Shown: positions 24,801-36,692, counted from the first letter of the whole stretch. The stretch is DNA of 63,819 nucleotides, filler included, from Lenisia limosa (GCA_001655205.1; 7 parts of 7 records of this genome joined end to end with filler, not necessarily neighbours in it); one strand, 5' to 3'. Numbers and translations are program-made. Notes: generated from the letters alone by a model not told the origin.

Positions 24801-26119
24801 GACGATTCAAGTGACTTTTGTTGATTCTAACACTGTGAAAAGAGAAGACGTGTTACCTTAATAACTTCCATTAAAGTAGGTACTGTAGCAGCAGATTCAT
24901 TGTAGTCAGTCACTGCAACAGCTAAATAGTCATAAGAACATCATCAGAACCTACCCAATTTGGGATGGTAACGCCGTAATGCCTCTCCTGCAGGGGTACG
25001 ATAAGCCTAAATTGTGGTTACTTATTCCAAACTCATCAATTTTTGGTTTATAACACTAAGTCGGTATCAAGTCCTAGCTTGCCCCCACCGCATTGAGAGT
25101 GTCACGGTTCGCGCCGTATTCCAATAGCAACTTGGCTGCTTTGGCATCACCCAAACGGCAGGCCATATGAAGTGGTGTGTCTCCGTACTAAAATAATTTC
25201 AGTATACAACTCACAGTATATATAATATATACATGTATACACTACTAACCTCCCATCCAAGTGGAACGGTGCTATTGTCAGTTGCACTCAGAACAGCACC
25301 CCTTCTCAAAAGAAGGATTTCAATAGCATGTTGGCGATACATGACAGCTGTGATGAGAGGCGTTTGCCCAGCCTTGATTGAATAAGTTGACAAAGGTCTC
25401 TCTTTACATGATGACTAACATTACAGTTTATTATGAGTTCCATAGAAGCGCTTTGTTTTTTAAATATCGCATACACGGATATGAGAATGTAAATATTGTA
25501 TTAGGTCATATTGTACAAGTTCCGACATTGTTCTTAGTTTCAATGTTGGCACCATTTTCAATGAGAAGCCCAGCAGCAAGCTTTAACCCATAACGGCAAG
25601 CCTCATGTAAGGGGGTGTCACCATTCTACTCGGGTTACTTAAATGGACGCAGCTCATTTCCTACCCAGTTTGCAACATTGACTGGATGTTTTTCAGACAA
25701 AAGCACTTCAACAAGTCCCTCATCCTAAATCGTGACATTTATCTATTACTGCAACTAACCTGGTTTTGGAGTGCGTAGTGTATCGCCGAGCATCCGTGCT
25801 ATGGTGTAAGTAGAAACGACTTCAACTACATACCTTGTCACATGCGGAGAGATCAATGTTTTTAGGAACTTTTGTATACTGTGTACCAAAAGCACATGCC
25901 TGTAATAAAAATAAGAGCCCAATAATGGAAACAAATTAAAATTAATCTTCAATAAAAGAAGCTTCACGAAGTCACCAATTGCATGTGAAAGTGTCCTATT
26001 TATATGGACATAGAGTGATGAGACGATGTTTAATCAAAGACCCTCACCTGGATGAACTTGAGGGTTGACTTGGTAGCCACTGGAAGGGAGTTAGGAAGGT
26101 CCGCTGCCACCATTGCCAT
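21810..26119 (-). CDS. Ankyrin-repeat protein with coiled-coil middle and long Ser/Pro-rich tail
   Basis: Ankyrin exons HGCSAIHYALQNQ, NGDTPLHEACRYGLKLAAGLLIENGANIETKNN, AGQTPLITAV, YGDTPLHMACRLGDAKAAKLLLEYGAN, AYRTPA; later exons coiled-coil-like and low complexity; stop at 21810-21812. That all exons form one gene is inferred. Confidence 0.75.
22584..22655 (-). repeat. Coding 12-bp tandem repeat encoding (GGKS)x6
   Basis: Units GGAGGGAAGAGT x3, GGTGGAAAAAGT x2 and GGGGGGAAGAGT x1 inside an open exon. Confidence 0.9.
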
Positions 26120-26373
26120 TTTGCTGCATCTGCTTCAACTTGATGTGAACTGAGACTGATCGAGCAAGCAAATATAAACTTCAGCCAGACTCAGAGGAAT
26201 TTGAAATGTAATCTCAAAAAACTATATTGCACTATTATTACGATATATTCACAAAGTAAATTGTTGTATTTGCTAATAAACCTGGCAACAAAAAAACTGA
26301 TTAAACGAGCAACAAAATCAATGACTTGCCTTGATTGGTAAGTTTGTTACAAAAAGAACTAGAATATAAAAAA

Positions 26374-26394
26374 TGCTCACTGCCAGGCTCGAAC
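26374..26394 (-). pseudogene. Relic copy of a tRNA 3' end (T-loop/B-box plus acceptor 3' strand)
   Basis: GTTCGAGCCTGGCAGTGAGCA versus the intact tRNA end GTTCGAGCCCGACAGTGGGCA (17/21), followed by its own T6 run. Confidence 0.7.
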
Positions 26395-26419
26395 TGTATA
26401 ATAGCTGCTAAAAAAAGAC

Positions 26420-26424
26420 AAAAA
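26420..26424 (-). terminator. Pol III T-run terminator of tRNA-Ile
   Basis: T5 two nt after the discriminator base, with a second T-run at about 26410-26416. Confidence 0.7.
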
Positions 26425-26426
26425 GA

Positions 26427-26499
26427 TGCCCACTGTCGGGCTCGAACCGACGGCCGCCAGTTTATTAGACTGGCGCTCTACCGACTGAGCTAAACGGGC
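26427..26499 (-). tRNA. trnI-AAT: tRNA-Ile, anticodon AAT, intronless
   Basis: GCCCGTTTAGCTCAGTCGGTAGAGCGCCAGTCTAATAAACTGGCGGCCGTCGGTTCGAGCCCGACAGTGGGCA; anticodon arm CCAGT-CTAATAA-ACTGG, T arm GTCGG-TTCGAGC-CCGAC, A and B boxes present. Confidence 0.95.
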
Positions 26500-26690
26500 T
26501 ACATACACCTTTAAACTAGATTAAAATCTGTAGTTGAACTTTTGCATAATTATACACACCCCATGTTAATATTTATACCTTTTGAATTCTATTAATTTAG
26601 CAAACTAGCAAACTTAATTGCATATATTAGAGTTTTGGCTGTTCATGACGTTATAATAATCAGAAATTTTGTTTTCTTGTTAACTCTGTA

Positions 26691-29600
26691 ATGAGGTCTT
26701 TTCTCTGTGCCTTTACCTTCTATTTATCTTTACTTGTCATTGTTGAAGGGTATGGTTGCGCTATTGATTGGAATAGAATCACTCCGTTCGGAATTCTCTA
26801 TCCTCATGTTTCAGGTTTTTTCTTCCCAAGCAGACACCGAATGGAGTCGTAGTGGAGGTTGGTTGGTTAGCGTTTGATAAAAGCAGAATAAAAGTAGAAT
26901 TAAATTCCTTGTAGTGATGATATTTGACCGCCAAGGTTGCAGCCCCCGTTTTGGATAACCAGCCTGCTAGGAAAGCGGACTTGGACCCTGTGGCCGCAGC
27001 AGTATATGGTGGGCTTGTTTATCTTGGCCCCTTTCAACCTTTCTTGCCCTTCTCAACTTTCAACCTTTCTTGCCTTTCTCAACTTTCAACCTTTCTTGCC
27101 CTTCTTGACTTTTCAGACATGCGGTGTCAGTCGACGCCAGAGTCCTTGTCAAATATGCTGTACGACTGCAGTGATGTGGCGGTTGATGGATCCCGAACTT
27201 GTATGGTGTTCTGCTCGGTTGGTGGCTGCTTTATATATATATATATACTATATGCATATGGTCCAAAAAAAAAGACTTATTTTTTTGCTTTTCGAATTTA
27301 TTGAGAAATTCAGTACTATTTTGGACCTTAGGAAGTGGAGCAGAAGCTATGGTATTATCATATCATATTGTATATCTCTAATTCTCCATAATATGATCTG
27401 CTAACCATGTACTATGTGGAAGAGAATAACAATCCAGGGTATTTCCGCTGGTATGATCAACTGCAATGCAACAAATGGATGGGACAGTTTCACCTGCCCT
27501 TCAGTCTGTAAGTGGGTGTGAGAGTGTTTCTAGCGAGCATAGCAATCCATTTTCCCTTCACGCTTCAGACCTAACGAGGAGTTGTGGTGACAATTCCGAC
27601 GGACAACTTGGATTGGGACTAACAATTTCATCGCTTAATGATGCTCAAGGCATTGTTGATAAAGAATTTGTGTCGATTCAGGCTGTCGGAGCTGGTGGTA
27701 CAGCTTTAACTAAAGGTGAGGGTGTAAACGGAGAGTACTCATCTTGCAGATAACAAAGTTTACGGATGGGGGCGAATGGGGAGCTATTCCAACTCACCTA
27801 TTCTCCTGTTGTCTCCAACTGAACCAGTCACCAAGGTATGAAGGGATATTGTTCAAATACATCTGGAATCCAGGAATCTAGGCATGATATAGCTGATATA
27901 TGATACACTCTCGTATATCATGTAGTATCTATAGCAAACTCACTACTTCAAATATTGCGATCTCCACAAAGGGCCACAGACGGGGATTTTGATGTTTTTT
28001 TGTGAGATCCTATATGCAAAGATCTGGCCGAGATCTGGTGGAAATTTGGCAAAAATCTGAATGTTATTCCTTGAAAGCCAAATAATCTTTTTAAAATCGT
28101 TTGTTTCGTGACATTTGGAGGGTAAAAAAAAATCTGTCAGAAATATGTATTTTTGATATGTTTTCTGGGAGATTGTCAAAATCACTCAGTCTTGCGGCCC
28201 CTTATGTCTACGAATGATGAGATCATTAATGGTTTTTTTTTTTTACTTACGATTTAGCTTGTTTGTGGCTACAGCGCATGCGGATTTATTAGTAATGATG
28301 AGGCCGTACTCTTCAAATTGTGATTTATTTTGTTTATAGACAAGTTTTATCAAACCTAGACTAATTTATATACGTACATATATATATTAGGTAGTAATAT
28401 GTACAGTATAACCTAATTCATCCAGCTAATGGAGAAGTTTACACATGGGGCTACAACAACCATGGCCAGTTGATGGATGGAACCAAAACAGAAACAACAG
28501 CCCCATCAAAGGTAACTAGACTGTCTTGTTAAAATCGATTCTTTTGTTCAAAATGAAACACTTTACTGTTTCAGGCTCTTTTGCTCAACCACCCAACAAC
28601 AGGTGTAGCACCAGTTGTTGTGGATCTTTTCACTTCTACAAATTCCTTCTACATGAAAGCAGGTCGGGGGGTAATCTCAGAGCTGACCTTCTAAATTACT
28701 CTTATGTGATTCAATATGATGTGTGTGGCTTTAATGACGAAATAGATGACAACCGCATTCTTTGCAGCGGAGCCAGTGGCTCTGGTCAATGTGATGGCGG
28801 TGTAACGACATCGGCTGACACCTACCAAGTTTGTGGGTGTTTTTGAAGGGATGATTGTTAACTGAAATTGATGAAGAATAGCTCTCTTTGTTTTTTCAAT
28901 GAAGCTTACTTGTTAAGAGGTGGTGGTCAACTAGTTTCATTCCTGATGAAATTACAAGTCTCGAGGGGAAACATTACAACTTCCTCGCCATCACTGGTGA
29001 GTTATTTTTTGATTCTAATTTGCCAAGCATCCAAGAATGTCTATTCTTTAGGAAGCAATTATGACGGTGGAATGTGTCAGTTAGCTGGTTCATCTGCCAC
29101 CACACCCTATCAGGTTTGTAAACTAGACTCAAAGTTATCTGATAATCTAGGTGACACATTCTGACATTGATGGTCATGCTATTTCTGCTGTGTCTGGACG
29201 GTATAATTCTGGGATTGTCACTGGTAGGCTGGTTAGAAAATGGCATGTTTGAACAGTGTTTTCGTTGACATATTGATGCGTTGTTTTCATGCCTTCAGAC
29301 ACAGGAAAAGTTTTCACCTGTGGAATTGGAGGCGGACTTGGTGGGGGGAAATGCGCATGTGATTGCATTTTGGAGGGTTTATATCTTGTTTGTGTTATAC
29401 TATGTGTTATATTTTTTTTGACGCGAGAAATATGTTTTTTCCAAAATGGAGCTAGAAAACAGCACAGCTATATTTTGCTCTGAAGCTCTTGACAGTGTAG
29501 GTACCGGTTTAGGATCCGCTGATTCATCCGAGCCAGTCGATGTGACATCCGCGTTCCCAGAGGTATGGCGTAGTCCTTTATTTCTTGATGCACCAGATTT

Positions 29601-29980
29601 CAGCCGATTTGAGACCTTTTGATGTTTTCTGGTACCTTCCCCTTCAAAGACTTATAATACCCAGGTGATCACGACCGTCTCAGGTTCAGAGCACTACAAA
29701 ACTGCATCTCTTTTCCATGGAGGTATTATTTTTTATATTCTCTGGAGTTGTCTTTACCACTGTAGCAAACACAGATGTTTATGTGGTGGATTCATTAACC
29801 AAGATCTGTAAAACTTCTTTCACGTTGGGAGTTGTATGAGGGGGTTGCTGATGGTTTTTTCTCTCTCGTTCTGACTGACCTCTGTAGCCACAAGTTGTCT
29901 TAGAGAATTTCAAAAAGAGACCAATTGTTGAAGCAAGAGTGGGGACAGCGTTTGCCATTGCAATATTTGAAGATAACTAG
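26691..29980 (+). CDS. RCC1/BLIP-II beta-propeller protein with an N-terminal signal peptide
   Basis: Exon 1 MRSFLCAFTFYLSLLVIVEG; RCC1 repeats SCGDNSDGQLGLG, DNKVYGWGRMG, NGEVYTWGYNNHGQLMDG, ILCSGASGSGQCDGG, VYSLGSNYDGGMCQL, TGKVFTCGIGGGLG; ends VGTAFAIAIFEDN* at 29978-29980. Confidence 0.85.
27031..27105. repeat. 26-bp pyrimidine-rich tandem repeat (about 3 copies) forming the acceptor tract of an RCC1-gene intron
   Basis: ctttcaacctttcttgcccttctcaa repeated just upstream of the ttttcag acceptor at 27116. Confidence 0.85.
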
Positions 29981-30129
29981 CTCTTTGTATGTTTTGTTTT
30001 GGTTTTCGGTAAATGATAACATAATATTCTATTTCCCCGTCTAATCAAATGCAATTGACTATGATTTAGCAACCAAGATAATTATGACTACACAAGAAGA
30101 GTTTGAAAAAGTTAAATAAAAGGCTCGGA

Positions 30130-31610
30130 TTAGAGCAAGAAGAGCATCACGAAAACAACTGAACTGACAGCCAGAAGAGAAGCAGGGTTTTTATCACAGT
30201 ACCTTTTTGTGTAATACTCACCCCCACTCCATAAGCAGTCTAAAAAAATGAGACAAGTAAGCTGCTGTAACCTTTTAACAATCAAAAAAATTGAGTGGGA
30301 GAAAAGAAAAGAAAATTCCAAAGGCTCTTCAAATGCCATTGGGAAGAAATCAGTAACACCCACCATCAGCTGAGTGGAGACAAACGTCAGCATCGAAGCC
30401 ACTGATGTTGATGGAAGTCCAACAGCACTCCTCCTTGGAAGTGAATAGCAAACAAAATATATATCCTCTATTGGCTGAACACGACACAAGAGCATTTGAT
30501 ATATCTACTTATCATAATAAAATAAATCCCACTTTTGTATCTGTTAAAAAATTATCAATAAAACTGTATTGTGTCTCGTAACGTCAGTGCCAAAAAGGAA
30601 GGTAGAATAGTAAATGGTCAAAGACGCCAACATGATGCTAACACCTTGAACTTTCATTTTCCACTTTCAGTTCATTTACAGAGCAAAATACATGATCTTT
30701 TTTGAAGAAAAATATTGGCGTGACTTGTAATGTCACCTCAAACTAAAACCGAACGAAAAAGACAAACTACAATGTACAAAACAGATTTATTATCATACGC
30801 ATACTACCATGTAGTAAAATAAAAAAGTTCTTCCATCCCACATTGTTGTCGCAAGTGTCAATATCAGTAATTTTCTTGCAGCTCTGAAACAATAAAGTTG
30901 CTAATAGTCCAAAAAGACTGAACTAAAAGTACTCTGTATTCACAGCGTTTCAAATTGCCAACATACTTCTATTTTTGAAGCACTGCACGTAGCCCCACGC
31001 GGTGGACACGTTGAAGTGTAGTCCACACTGCCGCAAGAAGTCAATGCTGAGCATGCAGTTCCGTTCCAGCAGCATGATGCCGAATCACATTCAGAACTAA
31101 GTGTCATAAAAACCAGAAAACACACAAGAGAGATTGAACAGTATGACGTTAATTTTGAGGCACCATATACAATGATACCACTAAGTCTTATATACATATA
31201 TTGCAAGATTCCACTACTTACGAAAGAGTGTAGTTTGCACAAGTCCCGATCAGCAACGTTTGAGCTTCAGTGCAGTCTTTCGCTTGCGCTGTCTGCCACG
31301 CTGAGCATCTTGCTCCTCCCTTATAATAATTCTATGAAGTTACAAATCATATCAGAATTTAAAAGCTAACCATAAAGAGGGCACAGTCGAGACTCATCAT
31401 ACACCCAAGAACTCCACTAAACAAATAAGTTTTTGCAATCAACAAACTCAGTGTCTGAATATGCCCAACAACAGCTGCTGTCACTGGAACACGATGTACT
31501 ATTAGTGTACCCTTCACAGGTGTACAGTGTATCCGTTTTACAGTCATCTGCAAGTGAATACAAGGGGAGGAGGCCAAGGCACAGTAAGATGACGGCCCCC
31601 AAAACATTCA
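30130..31610 (-). CDS. Cys-rich surface protein with signal peptide, three CCW modules and a hydrophobic C-terminal (GPI-like) signal
   Basis: MNVLGAVILLCLGLLPLYSLA; modules TCEGYTNSTSCSSDSSCCWAY, TCANYTLS|SECDSASCCWNGTAC, SCKKITDIDTCDNN|EECCWTS; ends DKNPASLLAVSSVVFVMLFLL* with no cytoplasmic tail. Confidence 0.8.
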
Positions 31611-31989
31611 TCTTGAAAAATATATAGGTCAACAAATAAAGCGGCTTTCCTCCATTAAAATCTAGTTCCTTGCAATATCTCAAAAAGGTTCAAACAAGAT
31701 AGGCGAGGAAAAGGCCCTTCCACGAAGAGAGGGAGATTTTTTACAATTACGAAATTAATATGCCCAGCACGGGCTCCATTTATAAGCAATTTTCCTTTTT
31801 GTTCAAATTTCTTTTTAGAGGACAGTTAAAATGTTCTCGTGGCAGTTTTGCCTGATGAATCCTTAATAATAGGTTTGAAGGAATGTGAATCCTCTTTCTT
31901 TTAAAAAAAATCTCAACTTCTGAACCTATTGCTTCTTTCTGAGGCTTCCTCAGGGGTTGTATATTGTTTTTGGAGGGAAATAGCTTGTT

Positions 31990-32640
31990 TTGCTTTTTCT
32001 GTAGCATGACAAGAAAAGCGCCTTCCAACATCCTTTTTCTGATAGTTTCAGAGCATGTCAGCAAAGAACAGCTACCCCCTTGATGAATTGCCTTCTATGG
32101 TTTGAAGATACTTTTTTCTATTTTTCCTTGATTTCACTTTACTCTGCTGATGCAGTTTGGGTTCTGCATCGGTTTTATAAAGTGATATATTTCCAGTTTG
32201 GAGTTTTCTTACATGTGACCAAGTGTTCTTGTGCTGATCTCCACCAATCTTACATTTCAGAGGTGCCAAACCCAAAGAAGAAGAGCATCTTAGCGCGAAG
32301 TCACTTTTTGAGGTTGCTTTTTTTTTTTTTTTTTTTTNNNNNNNNNNNNNNNNNNNNNNNNNNNNNNNNNNNNNNNNNNNNNNNNNNNNNNNNNNNNNNN
32401 NNNNNNNNNNNNNNNNNNNNNNNNNNNNNNNNNNNNNNNNNNCATTCTTTTGAGTCGTTCTTCTTCCCGAAACTGTCATCTTTTGACTATTTAGGCATTC
32501 ACGGCGAAAGTGTACGCAAACCCTGGCGAAAGGAAGCCCTGATGAGGTGAGAAGCAAATCCTCTTTGACACAGCAGCTTCAAGTCAAGGATTATCCATCA
32601 TGCACCACTCTGAAAACACCAATCAATCACCGTGTTGATT
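31990..32640 (+). CDS. Possible fragmentary gene of unknown function, truncated at the scaffold end
   Basis: Several short AG..GT-bounded segments (e.g. SMSAKNSYPLDELPSM); frames could not be linked reliably. Confidence 0.2.
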
Positions 32641-32644
32641 ATTA

Positions 32645-32744
32645 NNNNNNNNNNNNNNNNNNNNNNNNNNNNNNNNNNNNNNNNNNNNTTAATTAATTAA
32701 NNNNNNNNNNNNNNNNNNNNNNNNNNNNNNNNNNNNNNNNNNNN
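32645..32744. other. Artificial scaffold spacer N44-TTAATTAATTAA-N44
   Basis: Linker at 32689-32700. Confidence 0.97.
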
Positions 32745-32809
32745 TACTATATACCGCAGTAATTATTTCTATTCTCTTTATTCATGAAATCCTCTATTGC
32801 ACCATGCTT

Positions 32810-35800
32810 ATACACCGCAGAAGTCCCAGCCGACCAGCCTGAGAGATTCCTCCACATGCTCAACCATTGGCTCCAGAACAAGAGTTTCTAAGATTATGGT
32901 CACAATACACTTCTTAGTACAATGTCTTGGAAAAGTTTATTTGTTTTATATAGCCACATGCTGGCATGCTGAAGTGCTATCATTCTAATCANNNNNNNNN
33001 NNNNNNNNNNNNNNNNNNNNNNNNNNNNNNNNNNNNNNNNNNNNNNNNNNNNNNNNNNNNNNNNNNNNNNNNNNNNNNNNNNNNNNNNNNNNNNNNNNNN
33101 NNNNNNNNNNNNNNNNNNNNNNNNNNNNNNNNNNNNNNNNNNNNNNNNNNNNGGAAGAAACTCACATCTCATCCTCTTTGAAGTGGAATGGATTGGATGT
33201 GTTGTAGATTCTAAGAAAGTAGTATCCATCATCATATATTATAGGGTTTCCCGACAGTGGGTACTACAGAGAGATAGGGTATTACATTCGTGTTTTACGA
33301 CCGGGCCTGGACCAGAACTGATTATTGAGTACTTTTTTATTTTACTTTTTCTTCTTCCTTCCAGTTTTTTCAACCATTTGCATTTGCAGCCACTTTTTAG
33401 CCGCCTTTACAATATCTTTCTAGCAAGACACCTAGTAATTTGAAGTTTCATTTGAACAATGGTTGTATTGCTGCAATATGACCCAAAAATGGAGGAGAAG
33501 TACGCGGGGGTGGGGTACCTTAGGACGGTGTCTCAGTAGAGAACATTTATTCACAATGAAAGGTCATAGAAGGGGGTCTCTGTATTCCATTATTTACTCA
33601 GAATCATGAGATNNNNNNNNNNNNNNNNNNNNNNNNNNNNNNNNNNNNNNNNNNNNNNNNNNNNNNNNNNNNNNNNNNNNNNNNNNNNNNNNNNNNNNNN
33701 NNNNNNNNNNNNNNNNNCAAAAGTGATTATACGTTTTGGCATACGAATGAAGATTCACTTCAAGAGACTTGGAACAAATATAAACTATAGCTTGGCTCAT
33801 GTCAAGCAAGAGGGAACCTGGCATCCGTCTTACCCCTATGGTATTATTCTATTTTGCTTGATCAATAGTATCTAGAATGGAGAATAGCTCAAGGAAATTA
33901 TGATTCATATATTTAATATAATATAGTATGAGCTTCCACTCCTTTCTACTTACATTTCGATGTAGGCACTGTAGCTGTGTGGTCTAATTCACTCTATATT
34001 CTTCATTGAGCACTCCTTTGGTTTCAAACAATTATATAACCCCCCGCTCTCACCTTTTCTTTAGACTCCAAAAGGTACTTGCCCAACTCACCCAAGCAGC
34101 TTTTGGGGAAAGTATTCCTGTTACACTCTTCGGGTCCAGGTTGACTGGGTGGGCAGAAGGGGCAATATTCTGAGATTAGAAATTGAATGGTTGATTTTGT
34201 TATTCGTGAAACTAGTATTGTGCTGAAGTTTGCTAATTTGATTATTATAGGCTGGCTACTGAGGATAGTGATTGGGACTTTATCCTTGATAAACATTATG
34301 ACGACTTGGACCCAGATAAAGTGGCAAGGTTTGTGAAAAAGTGAACAGTCTCGTGACTGCTAAGCACACGGCCCTCTACGAGAAGATGTGTTTTAATTTC
34401 TTTCATTTGAGCCTCAGCTAGTGTTGCATTGAGCCCACAGTACTAAACTAAGTTAATCATTCCAGTCTTCCAAAAACGGCCGAAGCATTGGGGCACACCG
34501 TGGAGGGTTACTCGTTCGGGAAGAAGAAGAGGATCTTTGTTCTTCAAATCACCACTCCTCATGGCGACAGGGTGGGCATATATGACCGCTGTTCTAATTC
34601 TTTTTGACTTTCAGACTTTCTGATAATATATTGGTGCAGGGGACGACTAATTGTCTTAGGTAGACAGCAGGAATAATATTTATTGTTTGCAGCGGTTTTT
34701 ATGTCAGAGAAACCGTTTTGAGAGATAGTACTTTTTAACTACCAGCCAAAACTAACCTTGGTAGATCGATCTAACCACGTCGTCCTCTGAGATCAACGCA
34801 TTGACGCAGCGGTGTATTTCTGAGTTTTTTACTGAGTTTCCGTCGTTGAAAGAAGTGGCAGTTGAAGTAAAGTATTCAATTGTCTGGGGATAGTGGGGAT
34901 TCCAAGTCATGTTGCTGCCTGGTTTAGACCCAAATCAGTGTTAGCCCCTATTTCTTGTTATTATTTCAGGCAAATAGTTCAGTTCCTAACTCACAACACG
35001 GCGGACCCCCATCAATAGGCCTTCTCATCATGTTTATGCACTATGTTCGGAATGTATGTCGGGATGAATTGTAGATGGCTACGTTTATTGACATAGTCAT
35101 AATTGTAACAGTTGTTTATGCTTCTAGTCTCAAGAACCTTATTTCGTTGAAGGATTCCGAAAATACTATTCGGTAATGGGGTTCAAATTGATGGTTGTCA
35201 TTTTGTTTCAAGTGAATGATATTATTTATATAATATACTATAGTATGTTATTTTATGCATATAATAGATAAATTATAGATAGATAGTCTTAGAAATATTG
35301 AAATCTGACTCCATAAACAATGAACGCCCCTTTATGTGTCAAATTTAAGGCCACCCGTCTTCCACTATAGAGAATTTTTCATCGTTGTAGACATTCAACT
35401 TCTTTATGCCGTGTTACGCTTTCACTGCTGATTTTCCGGAGGTTTGCTCATACATACCTTGTCAGCTGTACCTCACAGGATTAATTCTCAATCCTGTAGG
35501 AGTCTCGGGCGCAGCTTCTGGCTAAATTCCCCGAAATTAGAAAACGGATTTTTATCTACATTAATGGTAGGATGTAATACGAGTTTTTATCTACATCAAT
35601 GCTAGGAAATAATACCCTTTGGGCATGTGTATATAGTACATGACATAATTAGATAGTTTAAGAAGGAAATAAATAAATAAAAAAACACTGCTTACTCAAT
35701 TTTTTGGCATATTCATCATTCTTTAATATGCATATGTACGTATGCTGGGAAGGCACGCAGAAATATCTACGCACAGCGTTGTAAGCAAATGATTGGGTGA

Positions 35801-36400
35801 ATTACTATTAGGCCAGATACATCCTTATTTTTTATTTCTCTTTGCTATATTTTCTATAATCCAACATCTCTTATACGCGTGATGGTGAGGACGGCTTCGG
35901 CCAGATACATCCTTATTGTTTTTTCACATTACTATATAGCTATATGATATGCATACATATTATATATATTGAATAATACATATATATATAGTTATGATAT
36001 ACTATACATGATTTGTACAATTATTCATATTGTAGGGTACAAACTTATCACCTATGGGCCTTCAGCATTGATATTTCACTGCCATTCAGAGCCTCATCAC
36101 CTCATTTCAACAGTTCTCAACATTCTAGATACGTGTATCTCTCAAGCGGTCACCAAATTGGGCCTTAAAGAATTCCAAAAGTTTGTTGAAAAGGTAGGAG
36201 TTTTGTTTCAGTTGTCTGAGTGATATTTACACAAGGTGATACCGCTCCTCCACTAACCAATATAGGGCAACTCGGTGACAAGCAATTACCCTGCTAACTG
36301 GTGTTACTGAGTCCTTTCATTCTGTCAACCACAGACTGAAGATTAATGGCGTCCATCGGCTGTGGAAACACAAAGTCGTTGTTTACCTTCTCAAAAATTT
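32810..36400 (+). CDS. Pol-beta superfamily terminal nucleotidyltransferase (TENT; Cid1/Trf4-like non-canonical poly(A)/(U) polymerase); core 34065-35440, gene ends approximate
   Basis: Spliced core LQKVLAQLTQAAFGESIPVTLFGSRLTG|LATEDSDWDFILD..|..IFVLQITTPHGDR|IDLT (GS-x9-DxD plus third Asp), then GGPPSIGLLIMFMHYV and FRKYYS|TFNF of the PAP-associated domain. Not shown by the ORF track because the exons are short. Confidence 0.75.
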
Positions 36401-36692
36401 TCAATATAGTCTACCTAACAAATGAGCCTATCCCTAATACTACGTTTTGATATATACTGTCGGGAACAAATAAATCCAGTTGGAAGTGGTGTGTGTTAAC
36501 CAGTTTCGCAATTGCTACATGTCTACTCCCTCTGTCCGCTTCTGAACTGAAACAATGGAATACATTATAAACATAATAATACTAATAGGGCCCCGCGCGA
36601 GCATAGACAACATCTCATCTAGAGAGTAAAGAAATAATAGGGGAGCATTTCTGATATAAATGAGTATCCACAAGAGCACTGCCCTCACACTT

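Noticed and set aside
24780-24930. SH3 domain after the ankyrin repeats (AVAVTDYNES)
   Set aside because: Only the ALYDY-like start is present; the conserved WW and GxxP motifs were not found in following exons.
26089-26129. Upstream ATG ORF (MQQNGNGGSGPS*) as the ankyrin gene start or a regulatory uORF
   Set aside because: Out of frame with the spliced ankyrin exons, and the transcription start is unknown, so a uORF role cannot be supported.
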